Positions 46,120 to 55,664 of a stretch of DNA of 64,000 bases are shown here, piece after piece. Source of the stretch: a virus (lineage: Duplodnaviria > Caudoviricetes). Every line of letters starts with the position of its first letter. Positions within the stretch are counted from its first letter, which is position 1. Below the pieces are notes generated by a model that worked only from the letters and a program-made list of their open reading frames with translations, did no database searches and had not been told where the DNA came from. The stretch covers positions 70,274-134,273 of the IMG/VR virus record IMGVR_UViG_3300037400_002699; one strand, written 5' to 3'. A program made the position numbers and the translations under genes.

Positions 46120-48339
46120 TTAACAGTTATTAGTTGAAGGTTTTTCTCCCTCCTTATTGCCGCTGACATCGATGTCAGCATAATCAACAGTATCAAGCTT
46201 AGCTTCCTCATACTGATTACCGAACTTAAACCAGAAGAACGGACAGTTACGTATAGCCTCCTGCATAGCCTCTGCAAGGTCTTCAAGCCTCTCTCTTACA
46301 ATAGCTGATGAGAATGTCATGAACAGCGGTCCAAGCTCATCTAGTGTAAATTTTAGAAGCTCTTGTAATATCAAGTCCCTAACCTCTTTTACAAGGGCAT
46401 CTATGATACTACGGAAAGCAGTTATAACGTCTCTGAATGTTAGAGGTTCCCATGAGCCTCCCATAAGCTGCTGGTTTACCTCAAGTAGCATCATAACCTT
46501 AGGGCTAAGAAGAGCATCCACAATAGCTGTTACAAGATTCTCTATAAGGTCATAGACAAAATCCACCTCTATCTCGTTTGATTCTTCTGGGTCGCTTCCA
46601 GTGGTTAAGATTGAAGCAGTCTCTCTTACAGCCCTGTGTAATATTTGTTCTTTTGCGTCAATATCTTTTGGGTCTGTTATGGCATCATATTCAGCAAGAA
46701 TCTCGCTTACCGAATTGAACGCACCTGTTTCCTTCGATGTGTTGCCGAATTTATGCTGCCTTGCCTTTCTTTCCTGTGCCTTCTGCAATAGGGCATCATA
46801 CTTACTGTTATCAAATGTATGGTAGCAGTTGTTTATGACAGAATCATCCGTCATAACAAGTTTCTTAACAGCCTCTCTAATCTCGTCTGAAAAGTCCTTA
46901 TGTCTTGTATCCATCTTGATATTGACACCAACTCTTATATTGATAAGCAAATCAACAATAGCAGTAAACAGGGATTTTGCGTCGAAAAGCCTCATACCCA
47001 TTACATAGTCATAGTTGAACTCATATACGGTTAATCCTGGATAACACTCTATAAGCTGTGGTATCAATTGAGCTGGGTTCGTGGTTACTTTACCACTTAG
47101 CATGTCTATTGTAACAGCACCGTTAGCATATGTGTTTGAATTACTGTCTTGTGCAACTATCGTGTATTTCCCGTTAGGGTCATATTCACCCTGTGCGTTG
47201 AACAACATTCTCTTAAATCTCCAAGGTGGTTCTCCCTGTGATACATCTGGTATATGTATAAGGGGCTTTGGCAGGATGGTAAATCTTATCTTGTTGTTTA
47301 CCAATCCAGTTATAGGTGAATCGTCAACCATACCCATATACTGAAGGTTGCAAATAGCCCTTTCCTTTGAGAAGTCTCTTGGCCTCTTTTCAGTACCGTC
47401 TTTATTAAGTTTTCCACTCATGGTCTTGGACTTGGTTCTGCCATAGCTCCATTGCCATCCCCATCCAAGGTTTTTACCCAACTGGTCGGCTCTTCTTATA
47501 TACCAGTTAACACTAGACCTATCATCGGATACAGGTACTAGTGTATTACTCACTATTTCATTCTTCTCATTACGCTGTGCATCTATACACATTGACAATA
47601 CACGTGGTTTGTTTTCACTCTCTTCATATCCAAATGTATTACCAGGAAGTATTTTTGAACTACCGTTTGATGGTTTTGTTATTTGAAGTGCTGACAACAA
47701 TGTGCCATTTTTTGGGGTTACTGTTGCCTGCTCTATTCCATGCAGCCTATCAATAAATGTGTTGTCATTTATTTTTATTTTTGCTGGGTTAGGGAATTTA
47801 CCTTTATGTATAACAAACCAAAGGAAAGCATCAAAGTCATCAGCTCTTGCGAACTTATATACATCCTGTACACCTTCAAGTCCAAAATACCAGTTTTTTC
47901 CAGCGTCAGACAATGGATTTATTGATAGCTTATCGAACATATCGATAGACTCTATATTAATGTCAATACCATATCTGTTAACTGTGTTGTAATCAGTTGC
48001 TGTACTGTGGATTTTTCTGAACTTCTCTGGTATTCTTGGGTCTATAGAACATGAAATCATCTTCTTAAGATTCGTAAGTAGTATTGCCTTAGCACTTATC
48101 TCAAGTGCTGGCATTACCCATATAAGCATGTTTATGAAAAACTCCTCAAGCTTCTCACTCTTAACACCTATGCTCTTAAGTATCTGGAAAAGGAAACCAA
48201 TTGGATTCGTCGAAAAGTTAAGTGCTAGAGAAGGCTCGTCAATCATTATAGTAAGGATTGCTAGAACCTTGTCTGCTAACGCTTTGGCGGTATCAATGGT
48301 CGCCATTGTCTCTGATTGTATGTTCTGTAGACTAGCCAT
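46120..48339 (-). CDS. Large hypothetical protein, probably virion
   Basis: 739-aa ORF in an operon with the spike gene. Confidence 0.75.
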   Translation of the reverse strand: MASLQNIQSETMATIDTAKALADKVLAILTIMIDEPSLALNFSTNPIGFLFQILKSIGVKSEKLEEFFINMLIWVMPALEISAKAILLTNLKKMISCSIDPRIPEKFRKIHSTATDYNTVNRYGIDINIESIDMFDKLSINPLSDAGKNWYFGLEGVQDVYKFARADDFDAFLWFVIHKGKFPNPAKIKINDNTFIDRLHGIEQATVTPKNGTLLSALQITKPSNGSSKILPGNTFGYEESENKPRVLSMCIDAQRNEKNEIVSNTLVPVSDDRSSVNWYIRRADQLGKNLGWGWQWSYGRTKSKTMSGKLNKDGTEKRPRDFSKERAICNLQYMGMVDDSPITGLVNNKIRFTILPKPLIHIPDVSQGEPPWRFKRMLFNAQGEYDPNGKYTIVAQDSNSNTYANGAVTIDMLSGKVTTNPAQLIPQLIECYPGLTVYEFNYDYVMGMRLFDAKSLFTAIVDLLINIRVGVNIKMDTRHKDFSDEIREAVKKLVMTDDSVINNCYHTFDNSKYDALLQKAQERKARQHKFGNTSKETGAFNSVSEILAEYDAITDPKDIDAKEQILHRAVRETASILTTGSDPEESNEIEVDFVYDLIENLVTAIVDALLSPKVMMLLEVNQQLMGGSWEPLTFRDVITAFRSIIDALVKEVRDLILQELLKFTLDELGPLFMTFSSAIVRERLEDLAEAMQEAIRNCPFFWFKFGNQYEEAKLDTVDYADIDVSGNKEGEKPSTNNC

Positions 48340-48740
48340 TACTTCTTATTAAGCTGTATTTTCTTAGTTTGTTCCTGTTCATTCAGCGAGTCATCCACAA
48401 TCTTTCTAATGTCTTCAAAATTGAATGACACGTTCTTTACTGCCTCTCCGTTTTCGAGGGCACTCTTGACATCACCATTATGGTGTAGAATATCTGTAAG
48501 CAGTTTAGCTATATCAAGCTTCTTTGCTATAGCCTTGTCCTTTATACCCATATAGTCGTTGATTGCCTTGGCATATTTTGCCTTGGCCTCCATCGGTTCT
48601 TCCTGTAGATTTGTTGCAGTAGACAACTTGTTAATCTCGTTCTGAGACTGTATAATCTGTTCATCAGCGAGTCTGTATGTCTCCTGCAACAGGTCCCTAA
48701 TATTCTGTATGTCGTTTAATTCTATCTTTAATTTAGGCAT
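48339..48740 (-). CDS. Hypothetical helical protein
   Basis: 133 aa; ATATTTATA motif at 48750-48758. Confidence 0.75.
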   Translation of the reverse strand: MPKLKIELNDIQNIRDLLQETYRLADEQIIQSQNEINKLSTATNLQEEPMEAKAKYAKAINDYMGIKDKAIAKKLDIAKLLTDILHHNGDVKSALENGEAVKNVSFNFEDIRKIVDDSLNEQEQTKKIQLNKK

Positions 48741-48769
48741 TGTTTTTGTTATAAATATTACTGTTCGGA

Positions 48770-49543
48770 TTATTCATTGATAAGATTCCATTTAACATCA
48801 TAGTATTTTTTCTTATATACCCTAATGGCATCCCTTATCTCCTTCGTATTGAGCATGGTGGTCTCCTTAAGGTACAACAAGATGGAACTCTTGTTGAACT
48901 TGTTGCTACCCATCTGTGCAAACAACTCCTCCCAGTTTGTCATAAGCTGGATGAGTGCGAGACCTACCTTCTTCTCATTTGCATTGAGTCTAAGCCTATC
49001 AGCATCGTCAAGAATCTTCCTAATGCTTTCAACCGTGTTTCCAGTCAGTTCTGACATAAAGGTTTTCGCAGTGTCATAGTCATTATAGGAATACCTTATA
49101 TCGTCATTGAAGCCACCCTGGGAACTGTCAAACGGATTGTCGTATGACGTGTTTCTCTTTTGGTTCTTCGTAAACTGGTTAATCTTATAGATGAGATAGT
49201 TCTTGCATATTGTACCACAGTATGAATATGCCTTATAATTGGTGGTAGGGTCAAAGCATGAAAGCTTTGTCATAAGGAATGAAATGGTGTCGTCGAAAGT
49301 CTCCTGGAACTCTTCGTCTGGTGGGTAGAGGTTATATCTTCTGATGATTGATTCTATCATCTTCGTGAAGGCTGGCTTCAAGATGGTATTGAAAATCTGG
49401 TTTCTCTCCCTCTCATTATCACTTGAGATGTAGTCAACTACAGCCTGCTCTTCACGCTCATAGAAGTAGCCTTTTCTTTCCTTGGATGGCTTTCTGCCTC
49501 TCTTTTTCTTAACTTTTTCTTCAGTTGCACAAATTTCTGGCAT
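48770..49543 (-). CDS. Phage sigma factor, T4 gp55-like (late transcription)
   Basis: Sigma region-2-like FQETFDDTISFLMTKLSCFDP...KAYSYCGTICKNYL. Confidence 0.7.
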   Translation of the reverse strand: MPEICATEEKVKKKRGRKPSKERKGYFYEREEQAVVDYISSDNERERNQIFNTILKPAFTKMIESIIRRYNLYPPDEEFQETFDDTISFLMTKLSCFDPTTNYKAYSYCGTICKNYLIYKINQFTKNQKRNTSYDNPFDSSQGGFNDDIRYSYNDYDTAKTFMSELTGNTVESIRKILDDADRLRLNANEKKVGLALIQLMTNWEELFAQMGSNKFNKSSILLYLKETTMLNTKEIRDAIRVYKKKYYDVKWNLINE

Positions 49544-49764
49544 GTCTGGTGATATTTATAATTGTAGAGATTTGCTTTCTCCACTTATTTTATATTACTA
49601 AATATTCCATCAAAGGCAAATCTGTGCAATTCCAACACACTTTCTTTCACATTTTCTCACATAAAAATCTTCGTGTGCCTTTTTGATGTGTAAAAAATGG
49701 CATTAACCATCATGAATTAATGCCATTGAAACTAACAAAATATAAATACAACTATTACTAAATC

Positions 49765-50766
49765 TTACTCCTTAGCTCCTATTTCTGAGTTAGGAGCATA
49801 TTCTTCGTCACTTCCTGGTATCTCTGGCTTATATTCCTTCTTACGGTCTTCCTTTATACGTTCTAAAAGTTCAATGGCTGTTTTGATTGTTTTCTCACCT
49901 AAAAATGAATCATATTTTTCGTGCGTAAAATATAACACTCCAATGTTATGTTCTTCACAAAGTGTTTTTTTATCCTTATCACGTTTTTTTCGGTACGAGA
50001 ATCCTTCAGTGCCACCAAACCACTCTACGTTCCTAAAGTGTTGGCCACCTTGGCATTCTATAGCCAAGCTATAGTCTGGTAAATAAAAGTCAATTCTTTT
50101 AGAGCCAAGCCAGTTAAACATCTTTTCTTGTTCATATTCTATTGAATGACTTTCTAATATGTCTTTCACTTCTTTTTCCAGTTTACTTTGTTTACATATA
50201 GGACATGTATGGCCTCTCAAGAAATTATTTGGACTAACAAAAAATTCTCCGTGTTTTGGACATATAATACATACTTTTGTTTTACTACCAGTATAATTTA
50301 CTCTTGAATAATCGTATTCATTGCCATATATTTCTATAGATTTTTTTACGAAAGAATCTGTATTATACACGATATCATTGCATAATCTACACCCAAACCC
50401 TTGTAAGTGAGAATATGGTCTTTGCCAGAACTCACCGTGTTCTGGACATATGATACATACTTTTGTTCTATTGTTTATATATTTTACTTTAGAATAATCG
50501 TATTTATTTCCGTGAACTTCTCTTGCCCTTTTTATAAATTCATTTTGGCTATCTCTAAAAACGTTTCCCCTAGATATATTAGCACATTTTGGACAATTTT
50601 GACCTTTAAAGTGATTATCTGGTGTTTGCCAAAATTCACCGTGTTCTGGACAAATGATACATACTTTTGTATTTTTGTTAATATATTCTACTTTCGAGTA
50701 GTCATAAATATTCCCGTGAATTTTACGAGCTTTTTCTATAAATTGTTCTTTAGTTAATCGTTTCAT
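49765..50766 (-). CDS. Free-standing homing-type endonuclease (3 DUF723-like zinc units + Vsr/DUF559-like nuclease), fused to a displaced host-gene tail
   Basis: HGNxYDYSKV...VCIICPEHGEFWQ x3; IDFYLPDYSLAIECQGGQH; C-terminal KEDRKKEY... Confidence 0.85.
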   Translation of the reverse strand: MKRLTKEQFIEKARKIHGNIYDYSKVEYINKNTKVCIICPEHGEFWQTPDNHFKGQNCPKCANISRGNVFRDSQNEFIKRAREVHGNKYDYSKVKYINNRTKVCIICPEHGEFWQRPYSHLQGFGCRLCNDIVYNTDSFVKKSIEIYGNEYDYSRVNYTGSKTKVCIICPKHGEFFVSPNNFLRGHTCPICKQSKLEKEVKDILESHSIEYEQEKMFNWLGSKRIDFYLPDYSLAIECQGGQHFRNVEWFGGTEGFSYRKKRDKDKKTLCEEHNIGVLYFTHEKYDSFLGEKTIKTAIELLERIKEDRKKEYKPEIPGSDEEYAPNSEIGAKE

Positions 50767-50822
50767 ATTTCTTTTATTATAAATATTTCAATAAACTAAT
50801 TTTGCAAAGAAAAACGCTATAT

Positions 50823-51620
50823 TTATTCACTATTTTCATTATTTTTTAAGTACTCTTCATATGTTTTATTTCTATCGTCTTTATAATACATTTCACGCTT
50901 AGCCAGGTCGAACCACCACTGGGACTCCTCCTTGCTGACGGTGCTCTTGTATGTGTCTACAAGTGAACCCTTCCTACCAAGTGTGTGGTTATATCCAACC
51001 TTAGGTATGACGAATACCTTCTTACTCTTATTCGTTGCACGAAGCAGCCACTCATACCAGAATGTAATCTTGATGGAAGGTTTTAAACCGCCAACCTCAT
51101 TCCAGTCAGCCTTATTGAATACACTTCCTGTGAGATAGAAGTCGAAGTAGTTCTGCAAACAGTCTGCATCAAGGAAACCAAGCTCATTTGAGAATGCAGA
51201 AGCCCATGCGGCCTCATTACCGAAACCAATATACTTTCCTGTACCGAACTCTGTGATATCCTCAAGACACATAAATACACTAACGTCTGGCATAAAGTCA
51301 ATATATTTCTTTACGTTTGCAAGCCAGATTGGTGTATATGTATCATCAATTTCAAGGATTGAAAACCACTTCACGTCCTCGTTGTTATTAAAAGCTCCTA
51401 CACCGTTATTAACAAGGTCAGCAAACGTTGTACCATCATCCTCTGAGATAACACGTGGCACACTGCTTGGAATGTTCTTAATCTTAGCCTCTGAAGTACC
51501 CTTTGGCACTGAAAGACAGATTGGTGTATCCTTTGGAATTGACTCAATTGCCTTATTAACAAGCTCTATATTTTCCTTACCGAACTCATGCATCGGTATG
51601 ATTATTCCTAGTTCTTTCAT
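50823..51620 (-). CDS. Glycosyltransferase, GT-A fold (GT2-like)
   Basis: GIIIPMH, VNNGV, FSILEIDD, VGGLKP. Confidence 0.7.
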   Translation of the reverse strand: MKELGIIIPMHEFGKENIELVNKAIESIPKDTPICLSVPKGTSEAKIKNIPSSVPRVISEDDGTTFADLVNNGVGAFNNNEDVKWFSILEIDDTYTPIWLANVKKYIDFMPDVSVFMCLEDITEFGTGKYIGFGNEAAWASAFSNELGFLDADCLQNYFDFYLTGSVFNKADWNEVGGLKPSIKITFWYEWLLRATNKSKKVFVIPKVGYNHTLGRKGSLVDTYKSTVSKEESQWWFDLAKREMYYKDDRNKTYEEYLKNNENSE

Positions 51621-52702
51621 TACTTTTCCTCCTGCTTTTTAACTTGTCTTATTAACTCTTCCATTTCAGCCTTTCTCTTATCGAGTACACCGTGAAGATA
51701 TGAAATAAACTCTCTCTCAGTTTCCTCATATGAGAACTTTGAAAGAATCTTCTTACTCTCTTCCTCAAGTACACCAGGTATCTTATCTGTTATCCATGAG
51801 CGAACAACACTTGCAAGCTGCTTGTGAAGTGTGTCATAGTCATTGAACCATACACAACAGTTTGGAAGTTCTTCGCCATCTGCCCAGTCAAGGGATGTGT
51901 TAGGGACTTTTACCATAGTGATACTTCCACTCTTCATTGCCTCAAGTGCGGAATACATAACACTGGCTGAATCGTCAACAACGATGGTGATAGCACCCTC
52001 ACGAAGTGCTGCTGCAAAGTCCTCCTTGGACAGATTTCTAAGTTCCTTGAATGATACCCACTTGAAGTACGGATATTTCCAGTAGAATGGCTTAACAATT
52101 CTTTTGATGTCAGACTGGTCTTTTGCGATAACATTGATTACCATCTTCTTAGGTGTAATGGTATTACCGAATATCTTTGAGATATAAGGATTAACCTTTG
52201 TAAGCTTAACGTAAGGGAAAGCCTCAGTAAGCTCAGCAGCCTGGTAGTTTGAGTTGGTTATACCCTCCATAATGCCGAAGTCGCCCCACTGCGCTGCGTA
52301 TGGCATCTGCTCAACAACGTAGTCATAGTTCTGGAGAATAACGACTCTCTTACATGGAAGATTTTTAGTCTGATTCATAACCTGGGAATAAATCTCTGGA
52401 ATAAACAGCACGTCAGAAGGTGACGTACCAACCTCTCCTTTATTAACATTGTAGTGTGGCAGGTTAGTGTATTCCTCACCAAGCCAAGCACCAACACCTA
52501 CAAATTCCTCCTCAGTGTGGAGCATGCTAACGTCGTATCCGTCTTCCTTTGCTATCAATGCAAGGTTGTAAATATACTCAAGGCTTCCACTTGGTACTCC
52601 CTTTGTATCGATTACGAAGAAGAATACCCTATTTTTCTTCTTGTCTATCTTAGCAATCTCTTTGTTAATGTTCTCGATTACTATCTTGTTCTTATCACTC
52701 AT
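51620..52702 (-). CDS. Glycosyltransferase-like protein, GT-B fold
   Basis: PSGSLEYIY, DVLFIPE, ALEAMKSG. Confidence 0.65.
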   Translation of the reverse strand: MSDKNKIVIENINKEIAKIDKKKNRVFFFVIDTKGVPSGSLEYIYNLALIAKEDGYDVSMLHTEEEFVGVGAWLGEEYTNLPHYNVNKGEVGTSPSDVLFIPEIYSQVMNQTKNLPCKRVVILQNYDYVVEQMPYAAQWGDFGIMEGITNSNYQAAELTEAFPYVKLTKVNPYISKIFGNTITPKKMVINVIAKDQSDIKRIVKPFYWKYPYFKWVSFKELRNLSKEDFAAALREGAITIVVDDSASVMYSALEAMKSGSITMVKVPNTSLDWADGEELPNCCVWFNDYDTLHKQLASVVRSWITDKIPGVLEEESKKILSKFSYEETEREFISYLHGVLDKRKAEMEELIRQVKKQEEK

Positions 52703-53036
52703 CGTTATCTTGTTTTAGCTCTTTTATTAGTTCGTATGCCTCCATTGTGTTGATTGTAACCTCCTGTCCCAGTGTAAGGGATGTAAGGTCTTCAACGGAG
52801 TCCATAATGTCAATGAACATCTTAATCATGTCATACTTGATTGAGAACTTGCTTACGTCGTCCTTGACTTTTACTTCCTTCACCTCCTTGGTATTAGGAA
52901 TCATTTTATCATCTTTCTTGTCGTAGATGAAGTTTTCTGTAATCTCTACCTCGCTTGTTCTCTTGTCAGCGTCCCCGAAGACGAACTCACTGATTTTGTT
53001 AATGTCAAATATAAGATTGGTCTCCCCTTTCTTCAT
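52695..53036 (-). CDS. Hypothetical protein
   Basis: 113-aa operonic ORF. Confidence 0.7.
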   Translation of the reverse strand: MKKGETNLIFDINKISEFVFGDADKRTSEVEITENFIYDKKDDKMIPNTKEVKEVKVKDDVSKFSIKYDMIKMFIDIMDSVEDLTSLTLGQEVTINTMEAYELIKELKQDNDE

Positions 53037-53631
53037 AATAAAATTGTTTTAAAAAATTATCATCATCAATTATTTCACTCAGATTATTATAATTTGACAT
53101 CGCCTTGTCTTTGTTTTTCTCGTTGAACTCCCTGTTGATAAGGACAATGTGCTTACCCTCTGGTATCTCTTCCTCGAACATCTGGTTGTTTGCTGTGATT
53201 ACCACGTCGCACTCATCCCAGACCTCTGATACTTTCTTTGGAAAAAATACCTTTCTAACCCTTGCTCCTATCTTACTTAAGAAGAAGAATGTAGACTGAA
53301 TTGTAAGTGCCTCCTCATTCAAGCTGTAGAACACTATCCTAATGTCCTCCTCCTCTATGTTCGTGATGTCAGCAAGCCAGTTTGTAATCTTCACTGCCAG
53401 TTTCTTCTCAGCTGTACCAGCGCATCCGAATATCTCATAAGGATAATCTATGTAGATGAAATTGTTCTTTTCTTTCTTACTCTTGAACTTGCAATACTTC
53501 TCAATAACATCTACCCTGTCATCCAATTCGTCCCAGTCCATTGATGGGTCAAATTCTTTCGCATAATATTTTAGAATCTGCTTATTAATATTCCTAACAA
53601 CATGATTCAGTTCTATTCCTATTGTAATCAT
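53005..53631 (-). CDS. HAD-fold 5'(3')-nucleotidase-like protein with degenerate motif I
   Basis: ITIGIELNHVVRN (vs IxIDxDGV), CDVVIT, INREFN. Confidence 0.5.
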   Translation of the reverse strand: MITIGIELNHVVRNINKQILKYYAKEFDPSMDWDELDDRVDVIEKYCKFKSKKEKNNFIYIDYPYEIFGCAGTAEKKLAVKITNWLADITNIEEEDIRIVFYSLNEEALTIQSTFFFLSKIGARVRKVFFPKKVSEVWDECDVVITANNQMFEEEIPEGKHIVLINREFNEKNKDKAMSNYNNLSEIIDDDNFLKQFYYEERGDQSYI

Positions 53632-53650
53632 ATATAAAAAATAACACTTT

Positions 53651-54646
53651 TTATTTATTATTCAAGGCTTTTTCCAAACATTCTTTACAAATAACCTGTT
53701 CTCCGTCTGCTGACAAAATGTCAGCATCATAGACTGACATTTCCTTACCGCATATTGAACAGTACGCCTTCCTCTCACTGTTGACCATTTCAACAGGGGT
53801 ATCCTTCCTCTCCTTCTTCTCGTACTTCTCAGCCATTTCCTTTGAATAATACTTTGATTCCAGGTCAAGTGGAAGTCTCATATAGCCGTCCCATGAGAAT
53901 GTTACCAAGAACTCTTGTCCATTGTCTTCAAATTTCTCAAACTTAGGATTCTCCACGAAGCTATAGTTGACAAAATCATTTTCTCCCTTAGCCTTATATG
54001 TGGTGAATGACAGAGTTACAAGCGATGAGGTTATCTCATGCCTTGCCGCATCATGCTCATTCCTAATATCCTTCAGTTTCTCCAACTCATTTATGAACGG
54101 CTTAGACTTTGCATTATATGGGTTAGGTTGTTTCTCGAAGTGAAGGGTTGTCTGAATGGTAGCTGGTCTCTCTGTCAGCCTGGTGTCGATGAACACATCT
54201 ATCACAGTAGCAAACTGTTCAAGCTTGAACTTAACAGTAGAATTATACATTACCTCAAGTCTGTACTTGTCAATTCCATAGTCATTCACACGCTTTAACT
54301 CGTCAAGTACTGAAGAACATATGATGCCGTTCTCCTGTGAAAACTTTATCTTACCTATTTCCATCTTCTCTGGCTCGTCCTTCTTAACAGCCACGCCATT
54401 ACCCAGATATTCGTACTTTTCAGCCTCACCAGCGACCTTATAAGTCCTGTACCTTAGTTCCTCTACCTCCTGTGTCACTTCACCCTTTAGGAGGTGTTTT
54501 CCTACCCTCTGGTCTTTGACTTCCTGGGATATGGTAACATCATTACCGTCTGAAGTGCCAGCACCAAGAATCTCGTTACCAGCAGCCTTCATTCCGAATG
54601 GCAGTCCATACCAAAGGTTAAGAAGATATTTCTTTACTTTATTCAT
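53651..54646 (-). CDS. Hypothetical protein with C-terminal zinc ribbon
   Basis: CSICGK...CKEC. Confidence 0.75.
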   Translation of the reverse strand: MNKVKKYLLNLWYGLPFGMKAAGNEILGAGTSDGNDVTISQEVKDQRVGKHLLKGEVTQEVEELRYRTYKVAGEAEKYEYLGNGVAVKKDEPEKMEIGKIKFSQENGIICSSVLDELKRVNDYGIDKYRLEVMYNSTVKFKLEQFATVIDVFIDTRLTERPATIQTTLHFEKQPNPYNAKSKPFINELEKLKDIRNEHDAARHEITSSLVTLSFTTYKAKGENDFVNYSFVENPKFEKFEDNGQEFLVTFSWDGYMRLPLDLESKYYSKEMAEKYEKKERKDTPVEMVNSERKAYCSICGKEMSVYDADILSADGEQVICKECLEKALNNK

Positions 54647-54890
54647 ATTCGATTTCGGTTAACAATCTTTTCTTTAATTCATTGGTTATTCTGTCTTTTA
54701 TTGCAAAATACTGCTGTCTTTCATTGATTGTATTTTGCACATCAGAAGGTATTCTGTTAGATGCATCAAGTACGTTATCTCCAGTTGCAAGGATATAACC
54801 ATCTGTCATCCTTGAATATTCTCTACAAATATCAGTTGCCACATTATACATCGATGCCAACTGTTCAAAGCTCATTTCACTTAATTTCAT
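54639..54890 (-). CDS. Hypothetical protein
   Basis: 83-aa operonic ORF. Confidence 0.7.
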   Translation of the reverse strand: MKLSEMSFEQLASMYNVATDICREYSRMTDGYILATGDNVLDASNRIPSDVQNTINERQQYFAIKDRITNELKKRLLTEIEYE

Positions 54891-54911
54891 ACATGCAAAA
54901 ATCGTACCAAA

Positions 54912-55601
54912 TTATTTTAAAATATCAATTGGAAACCTATCTCCGTATAATTTATTGATAATTTCCCTGTTTTTATACCATGAATCCTTCAACTTACCTA
55001 TTGAATTATGTGCAAGCCTTATATTGGTTGTCACACCAATCTTGCACTTACCAGCGAAGTGGTTAGCAAGGCAGAAAGCAATGTCATAGAAGTCAAAACC
55101 TTCAAGGTCTCTATTGAAATTCTCTGATATTCTCTCCTTGTGTACGGCCATGAAAAGACCGTCTATTACAACAACATCCTGTAAGTCCTTAGTAAGCAGT
55201 GGCGAGAAGGTCGTAAGCCATGTTTTTCCTTCGGCTCTGTGAAGAACCTGTCCGAATTTTTTCTCATAGTTCCACCATGCACCGCCCTCATCGAACTGTG
55301 CAGAACCAGCAACACCAATAATACCGTAATCCTGGTGTTCATTAAATTGTCTCAACACTTCAGCACCCCATCCCTTCCTAAGAAACTCTATGTCATCATG
55401 TATGAATACGATGACCTTCTCTACTATGTCCTTGGATACAGCCATGTCAGCATATATCCTAGACAGGCTAACTCCCTCTGGGTTGTGGATAAAATAGACA
55501 TGGGCATCACAGCCACAGGTTTCCTTGATGTGTTCTATAAATGGTTTAATCTCGTCGTTTGTTTTCTTGGAACAAAGAACTATTGCAATATTATTTTCCA
55601 T
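54912..55601 (-). CDS. Glycosyltransferase-like family protein (GT-A)
   Basis: VFIHDDIEF, GIIGVAG, VVIDGLFMAV, GFDFYD..FC, LAHNSIG. Confidence 0.85.
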   Translation of the reverse strand: MENNIAIVLCSKKTNDEIKPFIEHIKETCGCDAHVYFIHNPEGVSLSRIYADMAVSKDIVEKVIVFIHDDIEFLRKGWGAEVLRQFNEHQDYGIIGVAGSAQFDEGGAWWNYEKKFGQVLHRAEGKTWLTTFSPLLTKDLQDVVVIDGLFMAVHKERISENFNRDLEGFDFYDIAFCLANHFAGKCKIGVTTNIRLAHNSIGKLKDSWYKNREIINKLYGDRFPIDILK

Positions 55602-55664
55602 ATAAACGTTTTATATAAAAGATAAAAAAAAAATGGTCAAAAACAAAGTTTTGACCACCTTTTT

